Position numbers and translations under genes: made by a program. This document shows positions 38,673 to 52,800 of a DNA stretch of 64,000 bases, in pieces. The notes under the pieces were generated by a model. It saw only the letters and a list, made by a program, of their open reading frames with translations. It made no database searches and was not told the origin of the DNA. Source of the stretch: Bugula neritina (Eukaryota > Animalia > Bryozoa); assembly GCA_964035545.1 (NCBI GenBank), contig OZ037765.1, positions 30,999,504 through 31,063,503 of the forward strand, read 5' to 3'. Within the stretch, counting starts at the first letter, position 1. Every line of letters starts with the position of its first letter.

Positions 38673-41600
38673 AAAATATACTGTAATGTGTTACAGGTGA
38701 GGAGAAATGTGGAGGATGTCTCCTATCATATTGCGCAATACACTCAGATCATATCCGAACTGAGAAGTGAGATTGAAAGGTTGAGAGCAAAAGTGTCGAT
38801 GACGGTAACAAGGCAGCCCACCTCTGGTATTCAAGCTGTTCAGAATGAGGTGTGACTTATTTAAAGTTCAAATTGATTTCATAAAACTAACCTTTCTTGT
38901 GTATAAAATAGGGGTTAGAGCTTTGCCTAGTAAACACGAGGTCATGGGTTCGAGCCCAGACAAAGGCCATTGGTGATGTTAGGAAGAGCATCCAGTCATA
39001 ATTGCTCCTGTTGCCTTTCCACCAGGGATAGCGACTATAAACTTGCGTGAGTTTTTTTTCCTGTGTATAAAATATTAAGAAATGTCAACGTAACTAAATT
39101 GTATAATTTCCAGGTGTTACGGAGTGCCAACGACCAGGAGTTTTTCAAGCAGAAGGAGCAGCTTATGTTGACTTTCCAGGAGCAAATGGCTCTTCGGAGA
39201 AAGCTGATGGATCTGAACAACTCGAGTACAGAGATTGAGTCAGAGATCAGTCGCCAAGCCTTACTCATCAATGACTGGGAGAGTGAGCAGCTCAAGGCTA
39301 AGGAGGTGAGCTTGTTTCTATGCTTTATTACGTAAGAATATAAAGTTATATGAAAAGTTATTTGACGTGTGTTAAACAGTGTGTATTTCATTGCTAGAAA
39401 TGCTACTTAGAATGTCGTTAGATTTGTACTTGCTAGTAACTTCTAGTGAATTAAATAACTAATAGCATTACAACGTGAAATCCTTTTAGAAACGTAACCA
39501 GATTAAACAGTAAGAAGTTTTATCAATATGTTTATGATATTGGCAATACCTTTCTTCAGTATAAAGATTAATTCTTAATGTATGTTTTAGTAAACATATA
39601 TATATATATACTTAACAGCAAATGAAATTCAAACTGAAGTTATATAGTGTATATATGTTGTGGATTAGATGAAGGAGATGGTGGGAAGTGGTGACAGAGA
39701 GCTGGACAAGCAGCTCGACTTGGAAGGCTACAGTTATGATGAAATAGAGCCCACCAATGTTAAAGATGCTAAAGCAGAACTACAAGTAATTCCTTACAAC
39801 AGAAATTGTTATAGTAACTGAAGGGACTGGCTAATTCGTGACTTCAAAATCTTGTTTTAATGAATTAATTTGTGAATCTTTTCTGAAAAATGTTGTGCAG
39901 TGACTCTACAAACATGAATCTTTCAGAATTAATTTTTTATAATACAAACCCTGCAAAGAAGATTTGAGACATACTTTGTCTAAACTGTAGGGTAAATAAA
40001 TAACCCGGTTTAGTGTTTCATTGCGTGCCATCGGTGTGACCATCTCTCTAATGTTTCCGGTAGGTTCTGCTATCTGACAAGAAGAAGACAGATAAGCTGA
40101 AGATGAATGTGACCAAGGAGCTGGAGATTGCTAGGCACAAGGCCAAGTCAGTGGAAGAGGTAAACCATCTACTCTTCCTAACGTACTACATAATATAATA
40201 GTAACTTCATACAAAATGTCATGTTACCAGATTTAATAAAGATGTTTTCTCAGCCTAAGTTCTTAGTATGTTTTAATGAATTTTGGTGTGAGTTGAAATT
40301 AACACGAATTTGCAACTTCCATTACTACTTTTATTTTCTAGAACACAGGCTACAGCTATCTTTTATAGCAACATAACACATAACACAATACTACTAGCAG
40401 TGCGGTAGATATTCCTACTAAAAATTTCCAACCATGCAATGGTATTAATCTTATAATAAAATAAGGGATGGCGTCACATGCCGTTCGTAATCAATTTCAA
40501 GGACATTACATCATGTCGTGCCACTGCTTCAAGGTGTGTCTTTAGATGGAAGTTTATTGATTGGAATTAATACTCGTGTCATACCCCTGAGCATGCAGTG
40601 TATTAGTTGTGTGTTTAGCAGCTTAACGTAGAATACTTTTAATTTTGTAAATATAATTCATTTCTTCAACAGCATGATCTCTTTACTTTGTACATACCCA
40701 TTCACATTCACAAGAAAAACTTGTTGAAAATAAATATTTATACTCCTCTTTTTAAAAATGTAGAGATTAGGTGATGGTAATAGAGTTTGTTGGTTTAATC
40801 ATTTTTTAGTTGATGTAATTTATTAAACACAAATAATTTGAGGTAGGTGCAGTAGTGGAGAAATTGAAAAAAGCCTGTGTTCTAGATTAGAAATCTAGCA
40901 AAAGAAGTTATGTTCTCGAGAGAATTTTAGCTCGCACCCCTAACTAAAGTTTATATAAAAATTTAAAGACTTTTGGATATCTTAATTTCTACAATACTTA
41001 TCCTAAATGAATAATTTAGTCTTGTTATATTTTATGATTCACACTTGCAAGGGGTTGTGGGATTTTTAAAGCCTATTTCCTCTTCTTGTATTAGTAGTTT
41101 CTCAACAATTTTGATTAATTTATTTTGTTAACAGAAATATCAAGTGTGTGAAATACATTTTTGAACTTTGAACTTTGATGAACGTGTCCATAGTATGATC
41201 ATGTAGGCAACTGTTTGCTTCTAGAACTTACCAAAGTACGTGTCCATAGTATGATCATGTAGGCAACTGTTTGCTTCTAGAACTTACCAAAGTACGTGTC
41301 CATAGTATGATCATGTAGGTAACTGTTTGCTTCTAGAACTTACCAAAGTACGTGTCCATAGTATGATCATGTAGGCAACTGTTTGCTTCTAGAACTTACC
41401 AAAGTACGTGTCCATAGTACGATCATGTAGGTAACTGTTTGCTTCTAGAACTTACCAAAGTACGTGTCCATAGTATGATCATGTAGGCAACTGTTTGCTT
41501 CTAGAACTTACCAAAGTACGTGTCCATAGTACGATCATGTAGGTAACTGTTTGCTTCTAGAACTTACCAAAGTACGTGTCCATAGTACGATCATGTAGGT

Positions 41601-44600
41601 AACTGTTTGCTTCTAGAACTTACCAAAGTACGTGTCCATAGTACGATCATGTAGGCAACTGTTTGCTTCTAGAACTTACCAAAGTACGTGTCCACGGAGC
41701 TACAGAAAGAAATTCTTGATCTTCTGCTGAAAATTCACGAGATGGAAATTCAGAATATTGAAAACACCTCCCAGCTTTACATCAAAGACAGTTTAATTAG
41801 TCAAAAGGATATAATCATTGCACGTTATATGGACTACAAGCTCATAGCGGATCACATTATTTCCCAACAACGAGCTCTTCTACAGGGTCAGTTTACAAGC
41901 GGTTCCAACCACCGGCTTATCGTGTATTTTGTAATTTACAATGGTGATTTTGTTATAAACTCCATTAATTGCTTTTTAGATCTTAGCACATAAACTTGTT
42001 ATTATAGTGAAAATTCATGTTTAACCACATTTTTCGGAACGTTTCAGTTTGGTTTTAACTATTTTCAAATCTCAGGATAAAATCAGACTTGCAATATTTG
42101 TCATATTTCTACAATGAACTTGCAGTCATCCAAGTTTCACCATCACATGTATGTCTGACTTCTCATGAATAATTAGTTGATATCAATTGTATTTCAACAA
42201 AAGATTGAAATCTTTTGGTCTATTAGATTTGACAGAAACTAATTTAGCTGAAGTAATAAAAGAAAAGAAAATTTGGCGCCTGCAACATTTACCTCCTAAT
42301 TGTGTGGCTTATCGATCTTTCAGAATTCAATAGTCTGTTCAATACGCAGTTTTGTTTATTATACAAAGTATTATTGATTTCTTCAACTTGTACTAGAGAA
42401 TCAATATATATATTTGTGTTATATGTGAAAGTGTACAACTGCAGTGTATGTACGTATAATGAATAATAATTACGTTTTGACTTTAAATTCCTTTGAAGAA
42501 AGTTAAGAAATTTAATGTTCCACTGCTCGCCACTTCCTTGCTTTTAATCTTGCATTTAAATTGTTAAACTATTATATTGTGCTGAATGATATTAGCAGTG
42601 CAGGAGGTGTATATCTAACTCACAGCCAGGCACTCTACTATTAAGGTGCTGCCACATGGAGCAGATTTGGCTGCCCGCAAAACAGCAAAATTTGTGCGAA
42701 TTTCATGTGGTCAGCACCTGAATAGATGTACTGTAAAGGTTCCTGTGGTAGTGATCTAATTAACTGAGTACTATTTAGTGATTCCGCTTTTTAAGTTTCA
42801 GTGGTAGTCTATCAATTTCTAGTTATTGAGAATAACTAGAAAGATTTCAACATGAATTAGTTTACATCACTGCGCAGGAAAGTCGTGGGCAAATGCGGTT
42901 TTGCTAACAACCTAATGTTGCATGTGGCAGATAACTCCCGCAGTTGATGTTTCTCGCATTGACTTGTAGAGCAAAGAGATCTGGTGATTCCTGCTGAACT
43001 CAGAGACTCCTACAGTTTATACCAGAATCAGTTGCAGCAGATAGAAGAAGTGCACAATGATTACAGAAATATTCTTCCTCCCATAAAGGTCTGTTCCATA
43101 GATACCAACCAATAAGCTGTTTAGATACAGTATATCAACCAATAAGCTGTCCAGATACAATATATCAACCAATCAGTTGCATTTGCGTTAATTCAGTTTA
43201 GTCTACCTGTTGGCCAGTTAAACTGATTTCTTATAATGACTTTACACTGATGTTAGTATATCTTTTTCTTTTCTATGTATAAAATATTTCCACATCTCAT
43301 TTTGTTGATCTGCTAATACAAACCTGCACCATCTATTGGGTTACGTTTATTAAATAGAAGCATTGTCTGGAATCATCAGTTCTCACTGTATATACTAGAT
43401 AGGCAAAAAAGCCGTAGTCTAGTGGCTAGATCACTGACTTAGTAAACACAGGGCAGTGGTTCGAATCCCAGTAAAGGCTATTGGTGATGTTGGGAAGGGC
43501 ATTCAGTCATAATTACTTTTTTCACAATAGAAAACAAGTCCTTAGCCCGCTTTAAAATTCAGGTTTTCTCACGGGGATGGTGGCTATAAACCCACATGAG
43601 TTTAATTAGGCAAAGGTGAAGATGAAGACTGAAGGCCTTACGTTTTAATTCAAAACAAGCAATTGATTTGGGATAGTATTATGCAAATTGAACTAAACGA
43701 GAGGAAAAGTAAACATTAATGTAATTGCTATGTTTTATGTATTTGCCATTTTTATTCATTTGATACTGGGTCAATGCATCTCATCTTTCAGAGTATTTAA
43801 AGATGAAAACAAATCAAACAATGTGCCACTTTGTAAATCTTACGTTTTGTGCTGAATATTCAGTTCATGGAGCGATTGTTCCCATGTTATTCTAGTCCAA
43901 CTTTTTATACAAAATAATTACATGAATTATAATTCTTGAATTACATATTTTCTAATCAGCATAAACTTTTGTTTTTTAAAGAATATTTTTCATGATAGAT
44001 CTAGTAAATGGTGCTTTTGCATCGTATGGGTTGTTTCTTATTGTACTCGAATCAGATGGCTGTTGAAAAATATATGCAGTCGTTTATTATGTCTTCGCTG
44101 ACATGCATGTTTTTAAGTTGTTTTCAAATTAACTATCAAAGCTGGAGAAAGACTATCTAGTAGAAATGTTGAACAGATGTTATGATTAAGACAAACAGAC
44201 AGACAAATAGATGTTTGGTTATAATGCAAATTTAATTTCAGATGAGTTCCATTGTCAACCTGACAGAAATGAGTTCGTCCAGTCCCAACCTTGACCGTCT
44301 CAGTACTCTAGCAGAAGAGACTCCTTCTAGGTTCACATCCAGTTTCTCCAGACGTAACGTCAATGATCGCTCCCCGTAAGTGTGTCAACTGTTATTATTA
44401 TGCAATATATGGCATATGTATTTCATATGTTGTATCCTTATATGTATTGAATATGTCATATGTATTATACATGTTATAAAATATTTATATGCATCATATA
44501 TGTATTATATGTATTTGGATTATATGTGTTATATGTGTACTTGTTTTTTATGTTATTTTTTTTAATATGTATATGTGAGCTACATTTGTTTTGCACTGTC

Positions 44601-47457
44601 GGCCAGTATGTAAATTTTGAATTTTAAGTAATTCTATTTTATGCTTGGAGTAGAAGTGCTTTAGAGCAAAGGTTTCCGTTTTAGTCCTGCACGTAGTATA
44701 TAAGTGCGGAACACCCTACATTGTGCTTTATGTTCCTAGACTCAGTCTAAAGCTGCCCATAACACCAATGCTAATAGTTAGCCATAGGTAGTATAGTGCT
44801 CAACTCAGTAAAATTATTATTTAGAGTGATGGACTGCTCGGCTAACCATTCAACATTACACATCACACTGTATCTCAATGCTATTTCTGAGTGCTTTGCA
44901 ATACTGCTAAAAGTACAATTTTACTTTGCTGTTTATGTTTTCATGTATTAATGCACTTTTTATGAGATCTTGCAAGTTTCAAAAACTGATGGATTGAAAA
45001 TGTGTTTAGTGTACAAAATGGTTGTTTGATTGAATTTTTTTAATGACTCATTACGTAATATTTTCAGTCCTGACCCCCAAGAGGAAAAATTTTTCTCTGT
45101 CAGCCCGAGATCTTATGGAGTCAGAAGTAACGGAGTTATGCCCCACAATCTCGCCGTTTCTCCCGTAAAAGTCAAGAATAAAGAGGACACAATCTACACT
45201 ATCAGTATGAGATCCAACAGCATGGAATCTGTAGACAAGAGAGTATTTTCTCCAGCTGTGCAGAGCAGAGGGAGAAATGGGGACACTGCTGTGGCACCCA
45301 TAGTCAGTCAGGAGACGAGGGGCATCGCAGCTTTGGCAGCGGAGAAAAAGCGTCGACAACAGCAGGAAATTATGTCGAGTCGAATGAATCTACAAGAAAG
45401 AACATTTGTGTCAACGGCTCCTCCGTACGACGACAATGTGGACAGGAAGTTGACGCCCAGTCGGCTTGCGTCACACAATCTCGCGTATGGTTCGAGATAT
45501 AATTTGAATGATGACCTTGACAGTTATGATAACCGTAGCCAAAACACTGACGCTACTCCATATCGTGGCAGAAACCTCGAATCTTCTGTGGCTAAAGACA
45601 GCAGAGGTCAAAAGTCACAGAAATACAGGCCTCAGCCACTGTTGAGAGTTCTTAACAACGCGGCACCATTAAACAGCTCTAACTCTGACCGCCTTTCAGA
45701 TAAAACAACGGATGCTTCTATCAAGGTACGTGCCTATCGTACAGTAGACAGGGCTTATCAGTGGTTGATTTTCATGAGATTTACTCTTTCTTTCTGATTT
45801 TAAAGCATGGGCTCACTCAAAGCTGAGCAGTTGCTGTTTTTGTGCAGCTTTCAATTACCCCCCCCCATAATTTTCCCCTACTATATTTTTATTGTATTGT
45901 AACTACTTTTGCCCCCTCTCTGTGGTTCTACTTTGCACCCACTATTGACTCTCAACTTTCTATGTAGCATGAATATTGTGTGTTATGTTTGTTTTAAAAG
46001 CATGCATGCTAGTTTCAAAGCATTGGCCACAATCTCTATGCCTTGCCTACATTTGTATTATTTTTATTACATACTCTATTAGTATATTTATATTTTATTA
46101 TATCATGGTTTATCTCACAGCTTCTCCTCTCTCCCGGTGCACGTTATTGGCAGGTATAGTTTCAATGAATACGATACATTACAGCGTATCTAATTCACGT
46201 TTGTCTATGTTGTGCAGTTCTTGAAACTATATATCCTCTACATTATAGTTCCACTTCATATATTTGTATAGCTCTCTTCTCCCACACAAACAAGGAACTT
46301 CTGCTTAAACCCATGCTACCGCCCAACAATTCTCTCAGAACTAATTTCTCGTTGCCAAAATATTCTCTGCTAAAATATTCCATTAGGTCCTTATATAGGC
46401 TGTGTTATACAATATAGTCTTCCGATGTATGTGACGGGCTGTTGGTTAGACTAAATGTTGTTAGTTGAAGACTCGGTATTAGTATCTTGCTTTATACATT
46501 GTGGTGCTCCATGTTTGCTGTGATTCAAACTGTCTACACTTTTCTTTTACGAGATTTATTTTAAACTGTAAAATGCTCTATTGTTTTCTCTACTTCTGGT
46601 AATAATTGTTATAAATTTGAAGTAAAGAAGTGACTAAACTTACATAAATGGTGTAGCTATACATGCCTTTGTTTTAAAACACAATTTCAGTTTAAGAATC
46701 TAATATTATATTAGTCATTTAGTGTTGACTACTTTGTTGTACTTTGAGTAGTATCCTGTTTATGTTTTAGGCGGTGAGACACACGAAGAAGGCCCCAGCT
46801 GCGAGTAGAGGGAAGCAAGCAGCCTGGAAACCTCAAGAACCTAACAGACGAGCTCCTGGTAAACCAAGAACAAGTAAAAGTAAGTTTTACCACACTTCTC
46901 ATGACTAAGTGACCTAATTTTCTGGCAACTTAGTCGTCAGCTTGTTGCGTCAATTGAATAAAAATTGCTTAAAGCTATTTGCGCACAGTACAAAATGTTT
47001 CCATTTCTCTTTATGTTTCCAGACGTGTTCTTTTAACTAGAAAGACATCTACATGTTGTATTCACCCACCATTTTGTTCAAAAATTATTGTTATTTTTGT
47101 ATTGTGTTATGTTCTAGTTACATCACACTATTTAAAGACATTGGGAAATGCTTCCCTCAGTGAAACCCCACCTTATAAACCCGTCTCCAAAGCTGGTTAG
47201 TTATACATATCACATTATTCACCAGTATTCACTGTACATACATCTTGTAGTGTAGAAGAAGAACTTTTTAGTTTGTTTATTAGCCTTATGAAAGTAACTA
47301 TTTACTTCTATATCCTAAGTTTAGACCTTGGTATGTTTTTCTCATTTTAGGTAATGACCGAAGAAACGCTAAAGGTCAAGGTAAAACTCGACCCACAATT
47401 CCTTCCTCTTATCACAAAGGAGACATTGCTGTGTCTGGTTTCGGTCTCAGATATTAG
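32565..47457 (+). CDS. KIF19: Kinesin-8 family ciliary-tip kinesin KIF19. Exons: 32565-32597, 32749-32829, 33060-33170, 33811-33898, 34209-34344, 34771-34896, 35731-35868, 36816-36957, 37595-37788, 38697-38849, 39114-39305, 39670-39785, 40065-40159, 41673-41886, 42970-43088, 44242-44375, 45068-45725, 46771-46879, 47118-47195, 47351-47457
   Basis: [29 protein letters not shown] (KIF19-type), [106 protein letters not shown]. Tail exons are less certain. Confidence 0.93.
35948..36248. mobile_element. MITE with long TIRs, PIF/Harbinger-like
   Basis: CCCCCTATTCACACTTACCGTAT...ATACGGTAAGTGTGAATAGGGGG, with imperfect pairing extending ~60 bp. Flanks TTA / TCA resemble a TNA-type TSD. Confidence 0.85.
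38616..38670. repeat. (TA)n microsatellite
   Basis: Directly visible. Confidence 0.97.
38909..39051 (+). mobile_element. tRNA-Thr(AGT)-derived SINE, copy 1 (internally deleted)
   Basis: GGTTAGAG..TGCCTAGTAAAC..GGTTCGAGCCCAG head, shared core TGGTGATGTTAGGAAGAGCATCCAGTCATAATT and tail GACTATAAAC..GCGTGA. Confidence 0.8.
41184..41693 (+). repeat. 56-bp tandem repeat x9 containing the KIF19 3' splice site and the first codons of the exon
   Basis: Unit GTGTCCATAGTAYGATCATGTAGGYAACTGTTTGCTTCTAG|AACTTACCAAAGTAC starts at 41184+56n. Confidence 0.97.
42644..42719. mobile_element. Tiny inverted-repeat element (MITE remnant)
   Basis: AGGTGCTGCCACATG ... CATGTGGTCAGCACCT. Confidence 0.4.
43410..43603 (+). 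mobile_element. tRNA-Thr(AGT)-derived SINE, copy 2
   Basis: GCCGTAGTCTAGTGG (A box), TTAGTAAAC anticodon loop, GGTTCGAATCCC (B box), and the same core and tail as copies 1 and 3. Confidence 0.85.
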
Positions 47458-49117
47458 AATTACGCTCTTTAGATATTCTTTTGTGCAAATGACTTATTAG
47501 TATAGTTACTAGCTCTAACAAAACAGTCAGCTACTTTGTGATTCGCTAAGTTGAGTCACATGACCAACAGCAGATACCTATAATACTCGTAGTCATACTT
47601 TTATAATTTGCAATAAATTATAATCTTTATTAGTCAGGGTTTTTATGTCATTTGTAAATATTTTTCACATGCAAAACTGTTGTTTAATTACCGTCCTATT
47701 TTTAGCAGTATTGTTAACTAAAATATGCAAGAGAGATTAAATTTTACTTCTGTTTTTAAAAAAATATGTTATAATAATTTTGTTAACTTGAAATAATAAA
47801 GTTTTTATTAACAATTAAGTCACAAATTACAATGTACTTTTGCCATAAGTTGTAATAATTTATTTATAACCTGGCAATGAAGCTGTAAAGTTTATGCTCT
47901 AAATATATATACATTTATATATTATATTCCACGAGCAAAAAGTACTTGACCTACACATTAAAGCCAGCCTAACAAGTGAACTCAAGCAAACAGAAAATAA
48001 TATTCTAGTAGTAGGGCTTGAGCTCTTGCCACACCAACTCACTTGAGAATGAGCAGTGAAGCCATATTCCCAAATCTTTATACTAAGCAGTGTGGTGATA
48101 AAAAATAACAAAGTCATAATTTTTATTACAAAAGACTCCTTTGTATGACATTCAAAACATTTACAAGGCTTTCCTCCCTGCTGCAGAGCTAAGAAAATTC
48201 AGCTTGTACTCTGTAATGACCAAATAACATTATAGTTGCCTTCAATTAACCGAGATGGTTCATTATAATCATATAAGACAATTACAGCGCAGAAAACATC
48301 AACCAGTGGGGTCCAATGAACGGAAATTATTTTTTAACAGAAGAAATCCTTACAAAGCTACAGCATTCACAGCCTTTTCTTATAGCGGCTCCTCTTCTTT
48401 TGAAGTCAGAGGTTTTAAGGGCTAGAGACTGGGGTAAGATGTAATAGTTTATGCGAGAAAGTATAAATAGTTAAATACAATTACGCTGCATATTTGCCAT
48501 GTATGCATGGAGCTGGGGTCTGCAATAAATTAGATATGTCTGCAAATTTATTTTTTAGTGGTTGCTCATTAGCTAATTTCAACTTTTTATAAAAATTGCT
48601 TTGCTGTTAGCTTTGTTATTTTCTTGTGGGCAATCTAAAATATATACTGATGATAACATTTTGTAATAAAGCCAAGAGTTATTGAAATAGTGTTCTAATG
48701 AACGAGTCGCACTAAAGAAAAGACAACTCGAGCTTGTATCGCGTTTCTAGTTAATTAGGTAAACATCCGGTGATAAGAGGCTTGATTTTGAAATTTTGCC
48801 CAATAAAGTGAAACTAAAAGTAAAAGTATAATATTAATAATAATATAAATATTAATAATTATTATCATTCTTATTATATGACTCAGTACTGTATTGTTTT
48901 TGATTTTGTTTAGTGATTTGACATTCATAGCTTTGCAATATTATAAATAAAGGCTGGACTTTGAAATTTTCAATATTGCCATTGTGATTGGAAACTTTTA
49001 TTCCGAGACTCAGACTGACTCTGAGACTAATTCAAACAGTTTGGGTTTTATACATATGTGATACTCATATTGATATTCCTATTTAACTTTCTATTAAATT
49101 TGATATTGGTTATGCCT

Positions 49118-49337
49118 AACTCTATGCCTAATACACATGTTTTTTCTTATTTACAATTTTAATTTAGTTATACTTATATTAACTTATTCATTGCCTATGA
49201 GTATGAGCTATGCCCATTGCCCATTGGCATTACATTTATTTATTTATTAAATTTAAATAAGTAATCAGCATAGCCCATAGGCATAGCTCATAGGCAATAG
49301 CTAAATAAGAATAGCCATGTGCATTAGGCATAGAGTT
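49118..49337. repeat. Fold-back inverted repeat (~220 bp) upstream of the CEP131 start
   Basis: AACTCTATGCCTAATACACATG pairs with CATGTGCATTAGGCATAGAGTT; inner arms ATTGCCTATGAG..CTATGCC / GGCATAGCTCATAGGCAAT. Confidence 0.75.
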
Positions 49338-49870
49338 ATTAATGTTGTCTATTGGTTATTGCATCGGGCAACTACAATGTGAATATCATTAATGGTTACT
49401 ATAACCTAAATTATAATAATTATATTTGTTATACTTAATCTTATGCTACCTTATAGTTATAATTTAATTTTAGTGAATAATATTATAATAATAATTTATT
49501 TTTAATTATATCTATTTGTTTATTCAATTTTATTTTTCGTTTTCTAAGTCCAAGTCATAATCATACTGAGTCTGATGATCATGAGTGGACTGCTACCTCG
49601 ACTTATTACTTTAAGTTTAAGTTAAAGAGTTGAATGACTGAAATCTTATATGAACCACACTTGTTAGTTTCTCGTAAACTATTCTTAGAATTGCTACTCA
49701 TTGCCAGTGTTGGTCAAACTAATAGTGAGTCAAGATAAAAAAGACATGGTGGATTATTTCAATTAGCCTTAGACTTATTCACTTCCATTGCAACTAGTCA
49801 CAAATACTATGACTTTCTAAGAATAAGTTTAATATATTTTTAGGTCATCAAATTTACTCGAGCTGTGTCC

Positions 49871-52800
49871 ATGGCCAATCGGGTCAGTTCAAATGACTTG
49901 GACTTGAGTCTCTCTGGTTCACAGATTTCCTCTGCTAGATCAAGTAAACCCATAAATAAACGCCCTGCTTCTAGTGGAGGACGTGCTGTAGCCAATACAG
50001 CTTCACTGGCAAAGGAAACTGTAAGTCCATTACTTCTGCACTTGTATTGTAAAGAAACCTGTAAATTGATGGGAATTTGCAAAACCTCAAACATTTTACA
50101 GATATTTTATTCTTTGCTTCATGTAATTTGAGTCAACTTTTTAGCTGCCCTGTTTAAAACTTATTTTATGATTTACCTTCAAAATACTATTTTGCAGTTT
50201 TGTGCCAAACCTTTTTCAGTTGTTATAAGAGTTGCCAATCTTTTCATAAATGAATAACATAAAACATTAGGTTTAATTTTAGACTTCTGTTTATAAACAT
50301 GAGCCACGGAAGCGCACAAACTCTTGCGGCAACAGAACGCCAAAACTAAATACGAGTAAAGCTAGCAACTCTTGCAGATCACAGCCAGTTACAGCGGCCG
50401 CAGGTATTGCTGTGAGGTGAGTTTTCTTTCAGATATTCACACCATGTTGATGCATTTTCTGAACTCATTTTTGTGACTTATTTTTGCATTACAATTTGTA
50501 GTGACGACTTTCTAGCGTTATTCGAATCTCAGGGTGCTAGACCTAAAGTCCGAAACAACAAGACTCCCCCAGTTAAACAGTTCCTAACCAGCAACCCTGT
50601 AAGTTTTTATATTTTATTGAAAAGTTCTCTATTTAGATATAATTAATGCAGTGTTCAGTTTTATATAAAGATAGCTTTATCCATAAAACCATTTTGCCAA
50701 CATGGTTTGGGACACAGTCATTAAGCCATCAAATAATGTTGTTAACTAATACAAGATTTAAGCTAAAATTTTTCTTGCAGTTTATTCTAATTTTGCAGCA
50801 ATAAATTTCAATATTCAAATATAAATAAATATGTATAAAAGATTTTTAATTCCTTCATTTAAAAATCTGTATTTAATTTTTTGCTATTAGACCGACTATT
50901 ATTATAAATGAATTTTACTATTTGCAAGATTTTATCGGATCAGATTGTAATATAAATGATCAATACTTTTGCCTCCTATACCTCCAGACAGCAAAGAATT
51001 CTACGGCCTTTCCTGGAAGTGCTGAATCAACTCCCAGATCGTACAGAAGTAAGAGGACCAACAGTGCTGTGAGTGAGCACACTCGTCATAGCATATTCCG
51101 CTCTGACAGCCCTTTGAGCATCAGCACTGCTGGAGATGGTGACTCAACAGCATGCTACACGCCTCAGTCCACTGCTAGATCTACAGGAAGCACCATTGCC
51201 GATAGACTGCGCGCTCTGACGCCTAGAGAGGACAACTCTAGCCCGATGAATAATGAGATAGATATGGTTCGTAACTCTAGTCACGGTTTAGAAAATGGCA
51301 GCATGATTCATAACAGCGTCACTGTCTCTCCCAGAGCCCAGGTCTCGTTAACTAGAGCTTCTACCTCCAATCACAAAGATCTGAATGCGACAAACAACAT
51401 GCTTCCTCAAACTTCAGAATCTAGAAAACCGCCAAAACTACATTTGCGTACTATGCAAAATTCGTATCAAAACCCTACTTACAATGTAAATAAAACTCCG
51501 GTGAATGAAGTGCATTCTTTCCAATCTCCGGTGTCCAAGAATCAGGCTGAGGATTATATTAAAAAAGTAAATATGGCTGCCAGTGTGATACAAACTGCTT
51601 TTAGAAAGTTTGTTAGAAAGCGAAAAGCTCTTCGGGCGAGTGAGGCAGCTATGAAGCGTCTGCTAACTCAAAAACGGGAAGATTTCACTCAAAAACAAGA
51701 AGCCGCACTGCAACAAGCTAGTTATAATAAAGAGGTCGAGCGACAACGGGCGCGGGAAGAGAAGGCTCGACAAGCTCGTAAAGATGCAATTGAGGTTAGC
51801 AGAATTTGTTCTTGAAAATGCTGAGAATAAAGTTTCTCAAATCATGTTGTATACAGATGTTATATATGTAGTACTTCGGCTTAAGCTTTAACTCAAATTT
51901 TTCTCATTGTATAAGCCTTTCTTATTGGTGAGTTTTCGGCTATGTCTAGGAGTTGAATAGGCGGAGAGCAGAAGACAAGCAGCGGGCTAAGGAGGAAGCT
52001 GCTTTGGTTGTAGCTGAGCTGGAATCTGCCGGTAAAGTCGGCAGCACCTCAAAGAAGAAGTATGTCACCAAATCCGTTGCTCAACGAACAAAGAAGCAAA
52101 CCAACTCTCCTAAGATGAACTCACCAAGACAAGTAGTGGCCTCTCCAAGACAGTCAAACCAGGATCTGGTTACCTCTTCCCACATTGGGGGTGGAGATGC
52201 AGGGTCACCCGCTTCTTCCCTTCAGGTAATATTTTATAACCTTCAGCTAACAGCCAAAACTAAGAGTTTCGCATTAGTTGTTTCTTACTAACAGTTGTAA
52301 TCTATAAATAGTTTCTGTGATGAGTCGTCAAGAAAAAAATCTATAAAATTTTGGGTATTTCAATTTATAATTGTATATTTTTATCTATTATAATAAAATA
52401 ACTTGAAATAACTCAAATCAACTTCTTGAAATAAGTTTCAGTTAGGGATAGTTATGTATTAATGGACTTGAGGGGATGAGAGAAGTAGAATTTTTACTCT
52501 AAATCATGAGGTTTTGGACATGAGTCTGTTGGCAAATATTTGTCATAGTTCACGATTTCTGTTCACCTAGTTTTACCTTCTCAATATGCAAACTTTACCA
52601 ACTGTACCCTCTGTTTAAGGTGTCCATTGTACTTTCTATTTAAGGTGTCCACTGTACCAAATATAAATGGTGTCTACTGTACCCCGTGTTTAAGGTGTCC
52701 ACTGTACCTTCTATTTAAGGTGTCCACTGTACCAAATATAAATGGTGTCTACTGTACCCCGTGTTTAAGGTGTCCACTGTACCTTCTATTTAAGGTGTCC

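Noticed and set aside
41184-41693. Regularly spaced repeats resembling a CRISPR array
   Set aside because: Head-to-tail units with no unique spacers, no cas genes, and a eukaryotic intron context.
43410-43485. Possible tRNA-Thr gene
   Set aside because: Stems do not pair properly and the sequence continues into the shared SINE body.
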